Shown piece after piece: positions 40,154 to 53,388 of a DNA stretch of 64,000 nucleotides. The position numbers were made by a program, and so were the translations under genes. The DNA comes from Octopus bimaculoides (Eukaryota): the NCBI RefSeq assembly GCF_001194135.2, contig NC_069001.1:3131188-3195187 (forward strand), in the 5' to 3' direction. The notes under the pieces were generated by a model. That model was not told the DNA's origin. It did not search any database and saw only the letters and a list, made by a program, of their open reading frames with translations. Numbering within the stretch: position 1 is the first letter of the stretch; the number at the start of each line of letters is the position of its first letter.

Positions 40154-40458
40154 CAGGGAGAGAGAGAGAGTGACAGAAAGACAGCTGAAGGAAAAGTGAG
40201 ATAAAGAGAGACAAAAGGAAGTCTAATACTTGGAAGTTTCAAGTATTCAAAGTATAATGGTTTACATTTAAAGTTCCTCTACTTGAAAGAAATATCCGAC
40301 ATTAGATATATAAAATGTCCATAATAGATTCCGTTTCTTATTACCAGTTTTGGAGAGATGGGTAGGATGATTAATAAATAGAGAGAGATAGAGAGATAGC
40401 TAGATACCTAGGCAGACAGTGACATGGATAGATAGATAGACAGGCACATAAATAAACT

Positions 40459-40507
<49 letters not shown>

Positions 40508-40525
40508 NNNNNNNNNNTGTGTGCG

Positions 40526-40567
<42 letters not shown>

Positions 40568-41366
40568 GAAATATGTATATGTATGTGTGAAAAATGTGAG
40601 AGTATAAGAAATGAGCCTTATATATTAGTATTGATATAAAACATCTTAAGAGGATATGCTTAATTAGGCATCTAAGAGTGGGAAAAGTAACGAGAAGAAT
40701 TGACTTACCAAATGAGTCATTTTCAGACCCGAGAGAGTTAGTGAAATCCATATTGATGCTGGATGTGAAGGGAAAATTCCCTTCCCAACAGACAAAGGCA
40801 ACAATCTGGGAGATATCCAGAATGGTTGAATATCCCGAATTGGAAGCAGATATGTTTTATATCTGACATCTATGAGTCATCCATGTGAAAGAAGTATCAA
40901 ACATCATCTGGTATGTAAAACTGAGTTCAATCTTGGGAAGAAGAACTCGATTCTTATAGGTATAAAAGTCATCAGTTTGGAGAAATATAGCCAGAGGTTT
41001 AATCCCCAGGAGGTGAAGTTTATAAGTATCATTGATATATAAGCTTTATGATTTAATTAGCCTCAAAGAAGATTTCATAAATGGTAGGGGAGAAAAAGTC
41101 GAGTCCAATCAAAAAGGAATTTTTTCTACTGATGTAAATACAATGAGAAGATTGATTGCAGATTTCGTGTGTGTGTGTGTGTGAATATATTATATATATA
41201 TATATATATATGTAATATATATTATATGTATATTACATAGATATCATGTATATATTACATATGGCTGTGCATGTATATACACATAAAGAGATGGGTATAT
41301 GTATGTATACATCTATGCATAAAGAGATATGTATATGTGTGTATGCATATACATATATAAGCACAT

Positions 41367-41399
<33 letters not shown>

Positions 41400-41879
41400 C
41401 AGGGAGAGANNNNNNNNNNNNNNNNNNNNNNNNNNNNNNNNNNNNNNNNNNNNNNNNNNNNNNNNNNNNNNNNNNNNNNNNNNNNNNNNNNNNNNNNNNN
41501 NNNNNNNNNNNNNNNNNNNNNNNNNNNNNNNNNNNNNNNNNNNNNNNNNNNNNNNNNNNNNNNNNNNNNNNNNNNNNNNNNNNNNNNNNNNNNNNNNNNN
41601 NNNNNNNNNNNNNNNNNNNNNNNNNNNNNNNNNNNNNNNNNNNNNNNNNNNNNNNNNNNNNNNNNNNNNNNNNNNNNNNNNNNNNNNNNNNNNNNNNNNN
41701 NNNNNNNNNNNNNNNNNNNNNNNNNNNNNNNNNNNNNNNNNNNNNNNNNNNNNNNNNNNNNNNNNNNNNNNNNNNNNNNNNNNNNNNNNNNNNNNNNNNN
41801 NNNNNNNNNNNNNNNNNNNNNNNNNNNNNNNNNNNNNNNNNNNNNNNNNNNNNNNNNNNNNNNNNNNNNNNNNNNNNNN

Positions 41880-41939
<60 letters not shown>

Positions 41940-42187
41940 ACAGACAGATAAATGGGATGAGTTCAAAACTTAGCTACACTTGAGTTTGGATTTTTTTTTT
42001 TTTTTGTTCTTGAAGAGATTCTACGACAGAGAGATGGAGGCTATGTTATTCCTTACAGCAACCAGGAACTACACAAGAATCTTTCTTTCAGTAAACTAAA
42101 TTCTCATTGAAGTTCTTCCATCATCAAAAAAGATGGAAAGAAACTATGACACATATTACCTCACACTTCTTTTCACACTTCTCTAAT

Positions 42188-42255
<68 letters not shown>

Positions 42256-42464
42256 AGATACATATATATGCACACACAACACAAACACATAAACATACAC
42301 ACACACAAAAACACACACTGAAAGACATAATTATACATACACACATACAAACATGCATGTACATACACAAACATACACACATAAAAACAGTCTCACACAC
42401 ATACACATATAAGCAGACACAAAAATACATTCACACACCCATAAACATGCAAACACGCACACAC

Positions 42465-42530
<66 letters not shown>

Positions 42531-43204
42531 NNNNNNNNNNNNNNNNNNNNNNNNNNNNNNNNNNNNNNNNNNNNNNNNNNNNNNNNNNNNNNNNNNNNNN
42601 NNNNNNNNNNNNNNNNNNNNNNNNNNNNNNNNNNNNNNNNNNNNNNNNNNNNNNNNNNNNNNNNNNNNNNNNNNNNNNNNNNNNNNNNNNNNNNNNNNNN
42701 NNNNNNNNNNNNNNNNNNNNNNNNNNNNNNNNNNNNNNNNNNNNNNNNNNNNNNNNNNNNNNNNNNNNNNNNNNNNNNNNNNNNNNNNNNNNNNNNNNNN
42801 NNNNNNNNNNNNNNNNNNNNNNNNNNNNNNNNNNNNNNNNNNNNNNNNNNNNNNNNNNNNNNNNNNNNNNNNNNNNNNNNNNNNNNNNNNNNNNNNNNNN
42901 NNNNNNNNNNNNNNNNNNNNNNNNNNNNNNNNNNNNNNNNNNNNNNNNNNNNNNNNNNNNNNNNNNNNNNNNNNNNNNNNNNNNNNNNNNNNNNNNNNNN
43001 NNNNNNNNNNNNNNNNNNNNNNNNNNNNNNNNNNNNNNNNNNNNNNNNNNNNNNNNNNNNNNNNNNNNNNNNNNNNNNNNNNNNNNNNNNNNNNNNNATA
43101 TATATATATATATATATACACATACACATATATACATACACACATACATATATGTGTGTACATACATACATACATACCTACATACACACACAGATATCAA
43201 AACA

Positions 43205-43620
43205 TGAAAAACCTCACAACTGGGAACTTCCACAGAAACAGTGATGTTGATAGGCTCTACTTAAGAATAAACGAAGGTGGTAGAGGCCCGAGATCAGAGC
43301 AGACAGCCTTCAAATGCTGTATGGTATCACTCAGGCAGCTCCTCCTGAACAACATTCAGGGAGGCACATTGTCTGTCTTGCTATTTGTGCCTTGTGACTC
43401 ATTTTGTGATACAGAAAATTTTGAAAGGAAGGGTTTGTGGAATACAGAGGATGGACAATAAGATGCTTACTGGCTGATCTAGACTGAGCTGACAATTTGG
43501 AACATCAGAAGACATGCAACTCATATTGTCTAGTTTAATAAAAGAGGGAAACATGGCTGGTCTGGTTATTAAATGTTCAAAGATGGAAATGATGAATATA
43601 AATTATGCGAATCCATCGAA
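43205..43620 (+). mobile_element. Internal post-RT fragment of an R4/Dong-like LINE
   Basis: KNLTTGNFHRNSDVDRLYLRINEGGRGPRS matches the conserved H...DVDRLY..R..GGRGL motif downstream of RT in R2/R4-group elements; the rest is decayed. Confidence 0.7.
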
Positions 43621-43797
43621 TTGCAATATAGAAGGAAGTACGATATATACCACGGGTCATTTCAAATAGTTGGGGATTGAATTTGCAAATCATAGCTCAC
43701 TTGCTTTAAGAGTTTAGGGGAAGAAATGAAATACAGAACAAGCAGTGGTCACATTAAAATTTATATGGAAGTTTGTCTCTCAACACATGTGAAGGGG

Positions 43798-44060
43798 AAA
43801 ATTTATACATCCTTGTTCAGGCCAATATTACTTTACGGCCCCTAGTTTTGGTTCACTGCATCTGATGCTAAATTCTTAACTGTCAACACTCACACGAAGA
43901 TTAAAATCTATACATCCTTGTTAAGACAGACTTTACATTATAGACTTCAATCTTCACTCACTTTATTTGATGCTAAATTCTTGAATATCAACAAATACTG
44001 AGGCAAAAATTTATGCATCTTTGTTAAGATTAATGTTATTTTATGGCACACAGTTTTGGT
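43798..44060 (+). repeat. About 104-bp degenerate tandem repeat, roughly 2.5-3 copies
   Basis: aaaatttatacatccttgtt at 43798, 43903 and 44006; tgatgctaaattctt at about 43863 and 43968. Confidence 0.8.
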
Positions 44061-45611
44061 GTCATCATTTTGTCATTCATACCACTTATGCTGGGGTATA
44101 TTTTACCATTTAAGTGAATACATTTAACACAATGTCTTTTTCCAGTGTGTGTTTGTGTGTGTTTTCCATTATGCAACTACAAATGATTATTCTTGAAGCT
44201 CTGTGTGTTTGTTTAATTTTTGCATTATCTGTTCTCTGGGTTTTTTGGGGTTTTTTTCTCCCTCCAACATCCTTTTTCAAAACGTTTTATGTTTTCAAAT
44301 AATTTGAGGAGAGGACATGTTTGTTTATATTACGGAGGCTACTACAGCACCACCATGATGAAAGCACCTCTTCCCGTTACTCGTGAAGCAGCCATCTTGT
44401 AATGCAAGCAAACACTGCAAATGGCAACGTAGGCAGTCAAATAATATGATATCTAGTCAAATGTATATTTTTTTCACCCCAGGGAAATGGGATGAAATTT
44501 TAATTTAAATGCTTTTGTTAATATTCTGAAACTGGAAATAGGGAGGTGGGGGGGGGCGATTCTTTTCTTTTTCATTCCCCATAAACAATCATGGTATAAT
44601 CCATTTTTGCGGGTAGGGATGGGGAAGTTCTGAGAAGTATAATATTCATAGCAAACTTAATAATCCTTTTGTTATTGGGCACAAGGGCTCATATATACAA
44701 TATGGAATATGTTATACATAAACAGCAACAAAATGATGCAGAAATGATGGATGGATGGATGGATGGATATTGACTTGAGACAGACAGACAGATAGATAGA
44801 TACATCTACATATATATATACACATAGGCACAGATATGACTGTGTTTAAGAAATTCACTTCCCAACCATACAGTTTTAACTTTAGTCACATTGAATGACA
44901 TAAAAACATAATTCAGTATGTTATATAACTGGTTAAAAATTCAATACACCAAACAAATAAGGGCAACCCACCCATACAGGGGAGTGAAGCCATCACTATT
45001 GTGACTCTATAGTACTTCTTTCCGACTTACAGAAAAGAAGAAAAAAACTGCACTTAATTATCCAACTACACTTAAAATATGGAAGAATGTGTTACTAATT
45101 TCACTATTTAGTGGAACATACTCAAAGAATGTAGACCATACAGAAATGTGTATAAAGATGTAGGTTATGTATAGCTGAGAAAAGTCTCAAATTCAGAAAC
45201 TTAAATAAATCTGTAAATTTTCTGAATGCAAGATCAGAAATCTTTGATTAATGTTGCCATTTTGACAAGTATCTTCTAAAAACTAGAATATCATGCCAGC
45301 AACTGATTAAAGATTGCACACTCTTTTTATTTTATAACTGTACACATTCTCTTACATTTCTACGTATCTGTATAAATCAATACTAAAATACCCCTCTCTC
45401 TAGTTTTCCCCTTCAGATGAAATGCATTAAGCAAAGTGTATGTATGTATGTATGTATGTACACGTGTATATGTGCATTTCAAAGTATAAACTTTACAATA
45501 TATATACTGAGTACTTTTTCACATTTGTAAATACAAAAACATCTATCTATCTATCTCTCCATATATATATATATATATATATATGCGGTTAACACAACCT
45601 CACCATTTACT

Positions 45612-45652
<41 letters not shown>

Positions 45653-46421
45653 CAGACATACACACACACACACAGACATACATCTATGTACATACTCTCA
45701 GTCATCTACACATAGACACACGCACACAGCTATACATATATACAATGTGATTTACTTAACCAGTGTCACTTTACCAATTTCTGTGAAGGTGCAATGGTAG
45801 AACTGCTGTAACAGCAATACATTCTTGGACACTAACTACTGACTTTTACAAAAGTGAAACCAAATACTTTAAGTGCAATTCCTCATGTAGAGAAATATGG
45901 TAAAATACTATATTCCAAGAGACAAAGAAGGAAAGTAGCAAGAAAAAAAAAAATCTTCAAAATTTTTTTGGGAAAAAACCCCCCCAAAAAATCTAAAAAA
46001 GAAAACTCTTTTTCTTCATATAAAATCTATGCAACTAAAGAACATCAGTAAAGATGTCTTTTTAAAAATCAGTAATTTCACTGTTAGAGTTAGCAAAAAA
46101 TAATAGGTTAACAGACTATTCACCCAACTTAGATGAAGACAGTACACATAGACATACGAGCACTTACATGCTGTTGTTGTTGTTGTTGCTGCTGTCATTC
46201 AGGCTCAGATTCTATGGAATCTATATACATATCAACTCTGCTGTCACTAACTCTCTCTCTCTCTTCTTTTTCTTTTCTTCTTCTTCGTCCCTCTCCTTTG
46301 CCCGCATCCTTTTTTTTCCCATTAATGTTGTTGTTGCTGCCAATACTTGAAATGATGTTTTGCTTAAAGAAAAAAGTCTGGTGTACAGGAGATTGCCCTA
46401 ATATACAAATGTTAATAATAC

Positions 46422-46537
46422 CTGTAAGTGCTTTTTCCACTCGCTTTTGTGAATGGAGCCTTGGCCAGGAAGAACTGAGGTCATCAGATGGTATCCAACA
46501 TTCATCGGGTGTTTCAACCCCGAACCATAACATCCTC
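46422..46537 (-). CDS. Candidate internal coding exon (116 nt) of an unidentified minus-strand gene
   Basis: Unique, GC-richer segment. Acceptor ctgactcaccaacag|GAGGATG, donor CTTACAG|gtatta. Phase 1->0 frame is open: GCYGSGLKHPMNVGYHLMTSVLPGQGSIHKSEWKKHLQ. A second frame (RMLWFGVETPDECW...KALT) is also open. No recognised domain. Confidence 0.4.
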
Positions 46538-46816
46538 CTGTTGGTGAGTCAGCAGAGATGGCCAAGTTACTGTCACCTGTGCCGACCCACCTCACAAGGC
46601 CTTGGTTGACCCAGGATTATAGATGATGACACTTGCCCAATATGCCACACACACACAAATAAATATGTATATGTATGTTTTACATACTAGAAAAGTAGTT
46701 TTAAGCACTTTATCCTTTGTTTTCTATATACACCCATCAATTTCAATCTCAACGGAAAAAAACTTTGTCTTTTCGGCTACAAATACCAAAACACAATGTG
46801 TCTCAAAAGGGTTAAG

Positions 46817-47018
46817 AAATCCTAATTGCATTTTTATAATTAAACAATATTAGGAATTCTATCGAAAAAATTGTTAAAATATTTTGTGTAGCGTTGAAAT
46901 ATAACCAATTTATTGCTCATAGATTTTAACAACAAAATCTTATATGGAACCCTACAATAGACCCCCCCAAGGGACATATAGACCCCCAAGGGACATATAG
47001 ACCCCCACGGGGTCTATA
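46817..47018 (+). mobile_element. hAT-like MITE, internal fragment (same family)
   Basis: aaatcctaattgcatttttataatta...aaaaaattgttaaaatattttgtgta matches the reverse complement of 32545-32640; ends in gacccc-rich repeats. Confidence 0.5.
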
Positions 47019-47740
47019 CATGGGGGTGGTGTACTCATGCTAACATGTATAAATCTGTGTTGAGTTACGTCCCTTTATATCAAATGTTTAACTTAACAGT
47101 TCAATAAATGGAAGTCGCTAAAATAAGGTAGAGAGAATGATCAATATGTTCAACGACTCGATAAAAAGAATGCAAAAGACTGTGAAGGAAGTGCCCCAGC
47201 ATGGTCGTGATCCAATGACTGAAACCAGTAAAAGAAAAAAATAATGCATAACAAAAAAGACAAAAAAGGAAAGATTCACATGAAAAATAAATTCTTTAAA
47301 TTAGAGAAAACGTATTTAATTTTTTTTTTTTTTTTTGTGATATCCGACAAGGATTGTAAGGGAGGTAACCCTGGATAACTTCATCGCAACTGAGCTTCAA
47401 TCTGTCAATGATTCCAACAAATGTTTCTTTTATTCGTTTCAGTAATTGACCTGAGGCCATACTGGAGCACCACTTTCTTTTATAAGAGTGTAGAAGTCAT
47501 TTAGATTGACCCTTCCACTGCCACCCTAATCAGTACTCAGCGCTGGATGAACCATTAAACAAAATGAACATGTACTTAGGGCATCAAGAGAAGAGGGGAA
47601 CATCACAGAAATGGTAAATGGTTTATGGCACAAAAGAAATCACTATAAATTTACTAAAATGATATTCCGTTAGCACGCTGGGGAAAAAAAATGCTTATCT
47701 GCATTTTCTTCATCTTTACATTCTAAGTTCAAACGCTGCT

Positions 47741-47958
47741 AAGGGCAGCAAACTGGCAGAATTGTTAGCATGCTGACCAAAATGCTGCTAAGCATTTCTC
47801 CCATCTTTACATTCTGAGTTCAAATTCCACCAGGGTCAACTTTACCTTTCATCCTTTTGGGGTCGATAAAATAATTACTAGCTGAACACTGGGGTCAATA
47901 TAATCAACTTACCCCTCCCTCAAAATTGCTGACTTTTTACCAAAATGTAAAACCATTA

Positions 47959-47960
<2 letters not shown>
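47741..47960 (+). mobile_element. SINE family A
   Basis: Full-length copy with a (TTA)n tail; another copy at about 48250-48430. Confidence 0.8.
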
Positions 47961-48008
<48 letters not shown>

Positions 48009-48010
<2 letters not shown>

Positions 48011-48198
48011 TATACACTCGACACATTAAACTGTTGGAAAAGAAAAAAATCCTAACCTCGGGCTATGACAAGTAGACTTAGATGCCAAGAACCCTCTTAA
48101 GTACCCTAGTTGTCCCCTAATAACACTGTTTTCTGCAGCTGTACTAAACTAGGTTTTATACCTATTTCCTTTATCCATCTGTTTAGATCCTTTAGGGT
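48009..48198 (-). mobile_element. Short 3' fragment of an R4/Dong-like LINE
   Basis: TLKDLNRWIKEIGIKPSLVQLQKTVLL / GTTRVLKRVLGI*, followed by a 3' UTR. (TAA)n arrays at 47960-48008 and 48199-48248. Confidence 0.7.
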
Positions 48199-48211
48199 AT
48201 TATTATTATTA

Positions 48212-48251
<40 letters not shown>

Positions 48252-48780
48252 GGCAGTGGCAGTGATCTGGCAGAATTGTGAACATGCTGGACCATATTTT
48301 TTCTAGCTTTACAATCTGAGTTCGAAATGCCACCAGGGTGAACTTAGCCATTCATCCTTTTGCGGGGTCAAGGAAAAGAGGTACTAGTTGAGCACTGGGG
48401 GGGGGGGGAGTGATGTAATAGACCCCACCCCCCAGTAACAGGAACCAATGAACCAGAGGGGCAGCACCAAACTCCACTGTCTGCTTTGGCATGGTTTCTG
48501 CTGCAGCTGAATGTCTGACAGAGCAAAAATGGGTTTAAGCTGGAGGCTGATGAGTAGCGGACAGAGAACTGGTGATTGATGAGGAGCAGAGACAGGAATA
48601 GTATTAGTGGTACGTATGAGAGAGGGGTGCGAGAGACAGAAAGAGACGGTGGGGGGAGTGAAACAGACAGGCAGACTGACGGACAGTTAGACAGACAGCC
48701 AGAATGATTACAAGGCATCAGTGAATGAAAGCATAACTACAAGGCAAATAGCTGTCTCTGATACTCTATAGTGTGTATGT

Positions 48781-48818
<38 letters not shown>

Positions 48819-49708
48819 TAATGTGTGCGTATGTGTATGGTAGTGTATGTATGATTGCATATGGCAATGTGTGTATGGCAGTTGTTTATGTTTGTATTAT
48901 ATGTGCATGGCTGTGTACATGTGTATATATGTGTGTAACACACTAATGTATATGCATGTATATGGTTATGTGTGTGTGTGCATAGTTGTATGAGTATGGT
49001 TATATGTATGTGCATAAATCATTATGAGTGTATGCACTTAGTAGTGTGTGTATGGCAGTGTATGTGTGCGTGTATACGGGCTAGGTGTCCGAATGTATGA
49101 TTGTTTATATATGTGTATACTTGTATGTGTGTGTATGTTCAAATGTATGGCTGTTTATACATGTTTATACTTAGATGCGTGTGTGTGTGTGTGTACATGC
49201 ACTATTCCTGGAGTGTGGGCACTTGCCTTCTGTGACCCCTTCACTTCCTTCTCCCTATACATTCACACAAATGTATTTATTTGGTAATGGTTCCAGTGAT
49301 GATGGAAGTGGTCCTTGTCATGGTTGAGCAGTCACAGTTATGGAGGGGAGGCGTAATCATAGTGGTGGTGGTGGTGGTGGTGGTGGTGGTAATAGTGTTG
49401 GATGATAGTATAAGTTGTGGTGGAGGTGGTGGTAGTGGTGGTGGTGGCAGTGGTCATCTTCGTTGTTGTTGTTGTTGTCATCATCACCATGGTGGTGGCA
49501 GCGATAGTGGCGTTGGTGACAGAGATGATGATGATGATGATGATGATGATGGCAATTCTAATAATAATTGATGGTGACGGTAATGATGAAGGGGGAGGGG
49601 CAGTTTTAGTGGTGGTGGTGGTGGCGGTAGTGGTGACTGGTGGTGTTGGCAGTGGTTACAGCAGCTGCAGCACCAGCAGCAGAAAATAGTAATAGAATCA
49701 GCAGCAAC

Positions 49709-49751
<43 letters not shown>

Positions 49752-50345
49752 ATGTTGGCAATGGTTCTAAAAGACTCATCTCATCCACTTCAAGAGAATT
49801 AGATAAATGGCAGCAGAGAATAACATTTTCATAATTCAACCATAGACATTTCATTTAATTTTCATTGATTTTTAGCATTTGTTTTTTTTATTATTTTTGA
49901 GTTTATTTTTACATTTTTAATTTTAAATTTNNNNNNNNNNNNNNNNNNNNNNNNNNNNNNNNNNNNNNNNNNNNNNNNNNNNNNNNNNNNNNNNNNNNNN
50001 NNNNNNNNNNNNNNNNNNNNNNNNNNNNNNNNNNNNNNNNNNNNNNNNNNNNNNNNNNNNNNNNNNNNNNNNNNNNNNNNNNNNNNNNNNNNNNNNNNNN
50101 NNNNNNNNNNNNNNNNNNNNGTTGTTTGAAACTAAGAGTCTGTTACACCAAGTATATACACACGTGTGTGTATATATATATCATCATCATCATCATCGTT
50201 TAACGTCCACTTTCCATGCTAGCATGGGTTGGACGATTTGACTGAGGACTGGTGATTTGGCAGAGTTTCTACAGCTGGATGCTCTTCCTAACGCCAACCA
50301 CTCCGAGAGTGTGTGTATGTATATATATATATATATATATATATA

Positions 50346-50730
50346 GTTGCAGGCATAGCTGTGTGGTTAAAAGTTTGCCTCCAGCCACATGGTTCCAAGT
50401 TCAGTCCCATTACATGGCCTCAATAACCTCAAGCCAACCAAAGCCTTGTGAGTAGATTTGGTAGGTGGAAACTGAAAGAAGCCTGTTGTGTGTGTATGTA
50501 TGTATCTATGTGTGTGTCTTTGTGCTTGTATTCCACTACTGCTTGACAACTAATGTTCACTTGTTTATGTCCTGTAAGTTAACTTAGTGGTTCGGCAAGA
50601 AAGATTGATAGAATGATCATCAGGCTTTAAAAAAAAAAAAAAGTGCTGGGGTTGATTTATTCAACTACTTCCCTTCAAGGTGGTGCTCCAGCATGGCTGC
50701 AATGCAATGCCTGAAACTAGTAAAAGATGA
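50346..50730 (+). mobile_element. SINE family B, near full length
   Basis: Head gcaggcatagctgtgtggttaaaagtttgcc, internal TG repeat, 3' end ggtgctccagcatggctgc...tgaaactagtaaaaga. Confidence 0.8.
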
Positions 50731-50741
50731 AAAAACATCAG

Positions 50742-51700
50742 ATCATATTAGCTGCATTTCTCTCCAGTCTTCGCACATCCTCTGCATTCAGGGACCACAT
50801 CTCACTGCCATGAAGCATAGCTGTCCGTACACAGACTTCTTACAATCTGTCTTTCACTCTGAGGGAGAGGCACTTTGTTACCAACAAAGATAAAAGTTCT
50901 CTCAACTTTTCATATCTGGTTCTTATTAAGGCAACTATACTTCCAGAGAAACCTCCTCTACTGTTAATTTGGTTACCTAAGTAATGTTAACCATCTACTA
51001 CCTCTAAGGATCCTCCTAGTCATTGAGGAAATCTATTTTCCATACATTTTTACAGTTTATTGTATCTGCATATCTGCCCCACACAAAGACTACTTTCTCT
51101 GTTAACCTTCCTGTGATTCCACTTCTCTTTTCATGTGTCTATAGCTAGCACTAGGTACCTCAAATGGTATGCCTTCCAACACCTTTCCTTCATATTGAGC
51201 AGGGTCATTTATTTGTGGGAAAGAGAATCTTGTCTGCTTTCTTGCTAACTACAATTTTGGTCTTGTAATGGGTATGCAAATGTAATGAACATGCAAATAG
51301 ATTCATATAAATAAATTCAATAAACCTTTTGAATTCAAAGTATCTATGATTTTCTTCCTTTCAAATCAAGGGGGTAACATTGGCATAAATAAATATATTT
51401 TTAGGTAATCAGTTAAAGAAGTCCCCCGACTCCTGGTCTAAGGCATCTCCTTTACCCTTGTAGCAGCAGACTGTAATGTTGCTACACCTGTCATTGGGTA
51501 TGGGGCCTTCCTGTACCACCTGGTTGACTATATAGGTGACTAGGCTTTACCCTACTCTGTCAGATATTTTCAGCATCTCAGCAGTGATTCCTGATGATCC
51601 AGGAACTTTCCCTGTCTTCATATCCTTAGTTATCTACCAACCCTGATGGCTGATCCCTCAATTGGGTCCATACCAGGAAGAGTCCCCTTCTCCCATACAT
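50742..51700 (-). mobile_element. RTE-clade LINE reverse-transcriptase remnant with many indels and stops
   Basis: Near 51630-51430: DMKTGKVPGSSGITAEMLKISDRV...IVNQVVQEG.IPND...ITVCCYKGKGDA. Near 50880-50742: LVTKCLSLRVKDRL*EVCVRTAMLHGSEMWSLNAEDVRRLERN. Both are typical RTE RT-domain motifs. Confidence 0.8.
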
Positions 51701-53035
51701 TGTTCCTATTTAAGTAAAAAAAACACAAGTGGCACATAGTGGGACTGAACCTAAGACCATGTGGTTGAGAAGCAAGCTTCTTAACCACGCAGCCACGTCT
51801 ACATGGATGTAGGTAATTTAGGTGGAGGGAGGCGGGGTGATGAACTGAGTGACATACATAAGAAATATTCTAAGTGAATTGAAATTCAATTCTTAATTGA
51901 AGAATCATAAGTATGGGGTTGTGGGAGGTGGTGGTGGTGGTGGTGGTGGGGGATGTTAATTGCTGATCTGATCAGAAAACAGAGGAAGGAGAGCTTAGGA
52001 GAGTGGAGGGAGAGGAATAGGGAGGGGGAAGAGAAGGAGAGGAATAGGGAGGGGGAAAGAGAGGGAGAGGAATAGGGAGGGGGAGAGAGAGAGTAGTGAG
52101 AAAGTAAATGGAGCAAAAGAAGTAGGGAGAGAGAATGTGGACAGTACAGGAGGGGGAAGAGAAGTAGGGGTGAAAGAAATAGATAGGCATAGAGAGATGG
52201 AAGGGGGAGATAGGAAAAGGGAAACAGAGGGAGAGAAGGGGAGGAGGAGGAGGAGGAGGAGGAGGAGGAAGAGAAGAAGGAGGAGGAGAGGGAGGAGAAG
52301 AAGGAGGAGGAGAGGGAGGAGAAGNNNNNNNNNNNNNNNNNNNNNNNNNNNNNNNNNNNNNNNNNNNNNNNNNNNNNNNNNNNNNNNNNNNNNNNNNNNN
52401 NNNNNNNNNNNNNNNNNNNNNNNNNNNNNNNNNNNNNNNNNNNNNNNNNNNNNNNNNNNNNNNNNNNNNNNNNNNNNNNNNNNNNNNNNNNNNNNNNNNN
52501 NNNNNNNNNNNNNNNNNNNNNNNNNNNNNNNNNNNNNNNNNNNNNNNNNNNNNNNNNNNNNNNNNNNNNNNNNNNNNNNNNNNNNNNNNNNNNNNNNNNN
52601 NNNNNNNNNNNNNNNNNNNNNNNNNNNNNNNNNNNNNNNNNNNNNNNNNNNNNNNNNNNNNNNNNNNNNNNNNNNNNNNNNNNNNNNNNNNNNNNNNNNN
52701 NNNNNNNNNNNNNNNNNNNNNNNNNNNNNNNNNNNNNNNNGGTGGTAGTGGTGGTGATGGGCTACTCGACCTGAAGAAAATTCTAACTGGGTCCCACCTG
52801 TACATCTTGATATGAGATCACTATGTCGCGCACATATGGTTGTGATGCATGTTCCTGGTGTACCCTTATCAGACGGGTAGTCATGATGGGTATATTGGGC
52901 TTCATATATTTTACAAACAGCATCACTTTCATGGCATGCACTGCTCTCTCACTCAATAACAACAATAATAATAATAATAATAATTCTTTCTACCAAAAGC
53001 ACAAGGCCTGAAATGATGATGATGATGATGATGAT

Positions 53036-53321
53036 GAAGACAAAGGATGAGAAAATCAAGAAGTACCAAGAAGTACCAAGTGAAAGGAGTGCATAGTCTC
53101 AAAAGTGAGTGGTACCTATTGTGATTCGAGCATTTGGAACCATCTCAAAGAAAGCAATATTCTGGCAACAAAAGCTGCAAATAGCAAACTTCATAGGAAG
53201 CACTCAGTTGGTAGCAGTTCTTGGAAGAGCTTATGTGTTGAGAAAAGTGTTGCGTCTCTAAAGCTGCAGGATGGAGCTGAGATATAACATAGACATAGAT
53301 AAATCAGAAGTTAAGTGGATA

Positions 53322-53325
<4 letters not shown>
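53036..53325 (+). mobile_element. Decayed 3' fragment of an R4/Dong-like LINE
   Basis: KTKDEKIKKYQE...VVPIVIRAFGTISK remnant; ends in (AAT)n at about 53323-53350. Confidence 0.55.
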
Positions 53326-53352
<27 letters not shown>

Positions 53353-53388
53353 TCTTTTAATTTCTTTAAAATAATAAATAATAATAAT

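Noticed and set aside
49606-49854. Minus-strand ORF with a signal-peptide-like MSLLEPLPTLLLLLL...AAGAAAA stretch
   Set aside because: The hydrophobic run is a (TAG/CTA)n microsatellite, and the rest is low-complexity repeat.
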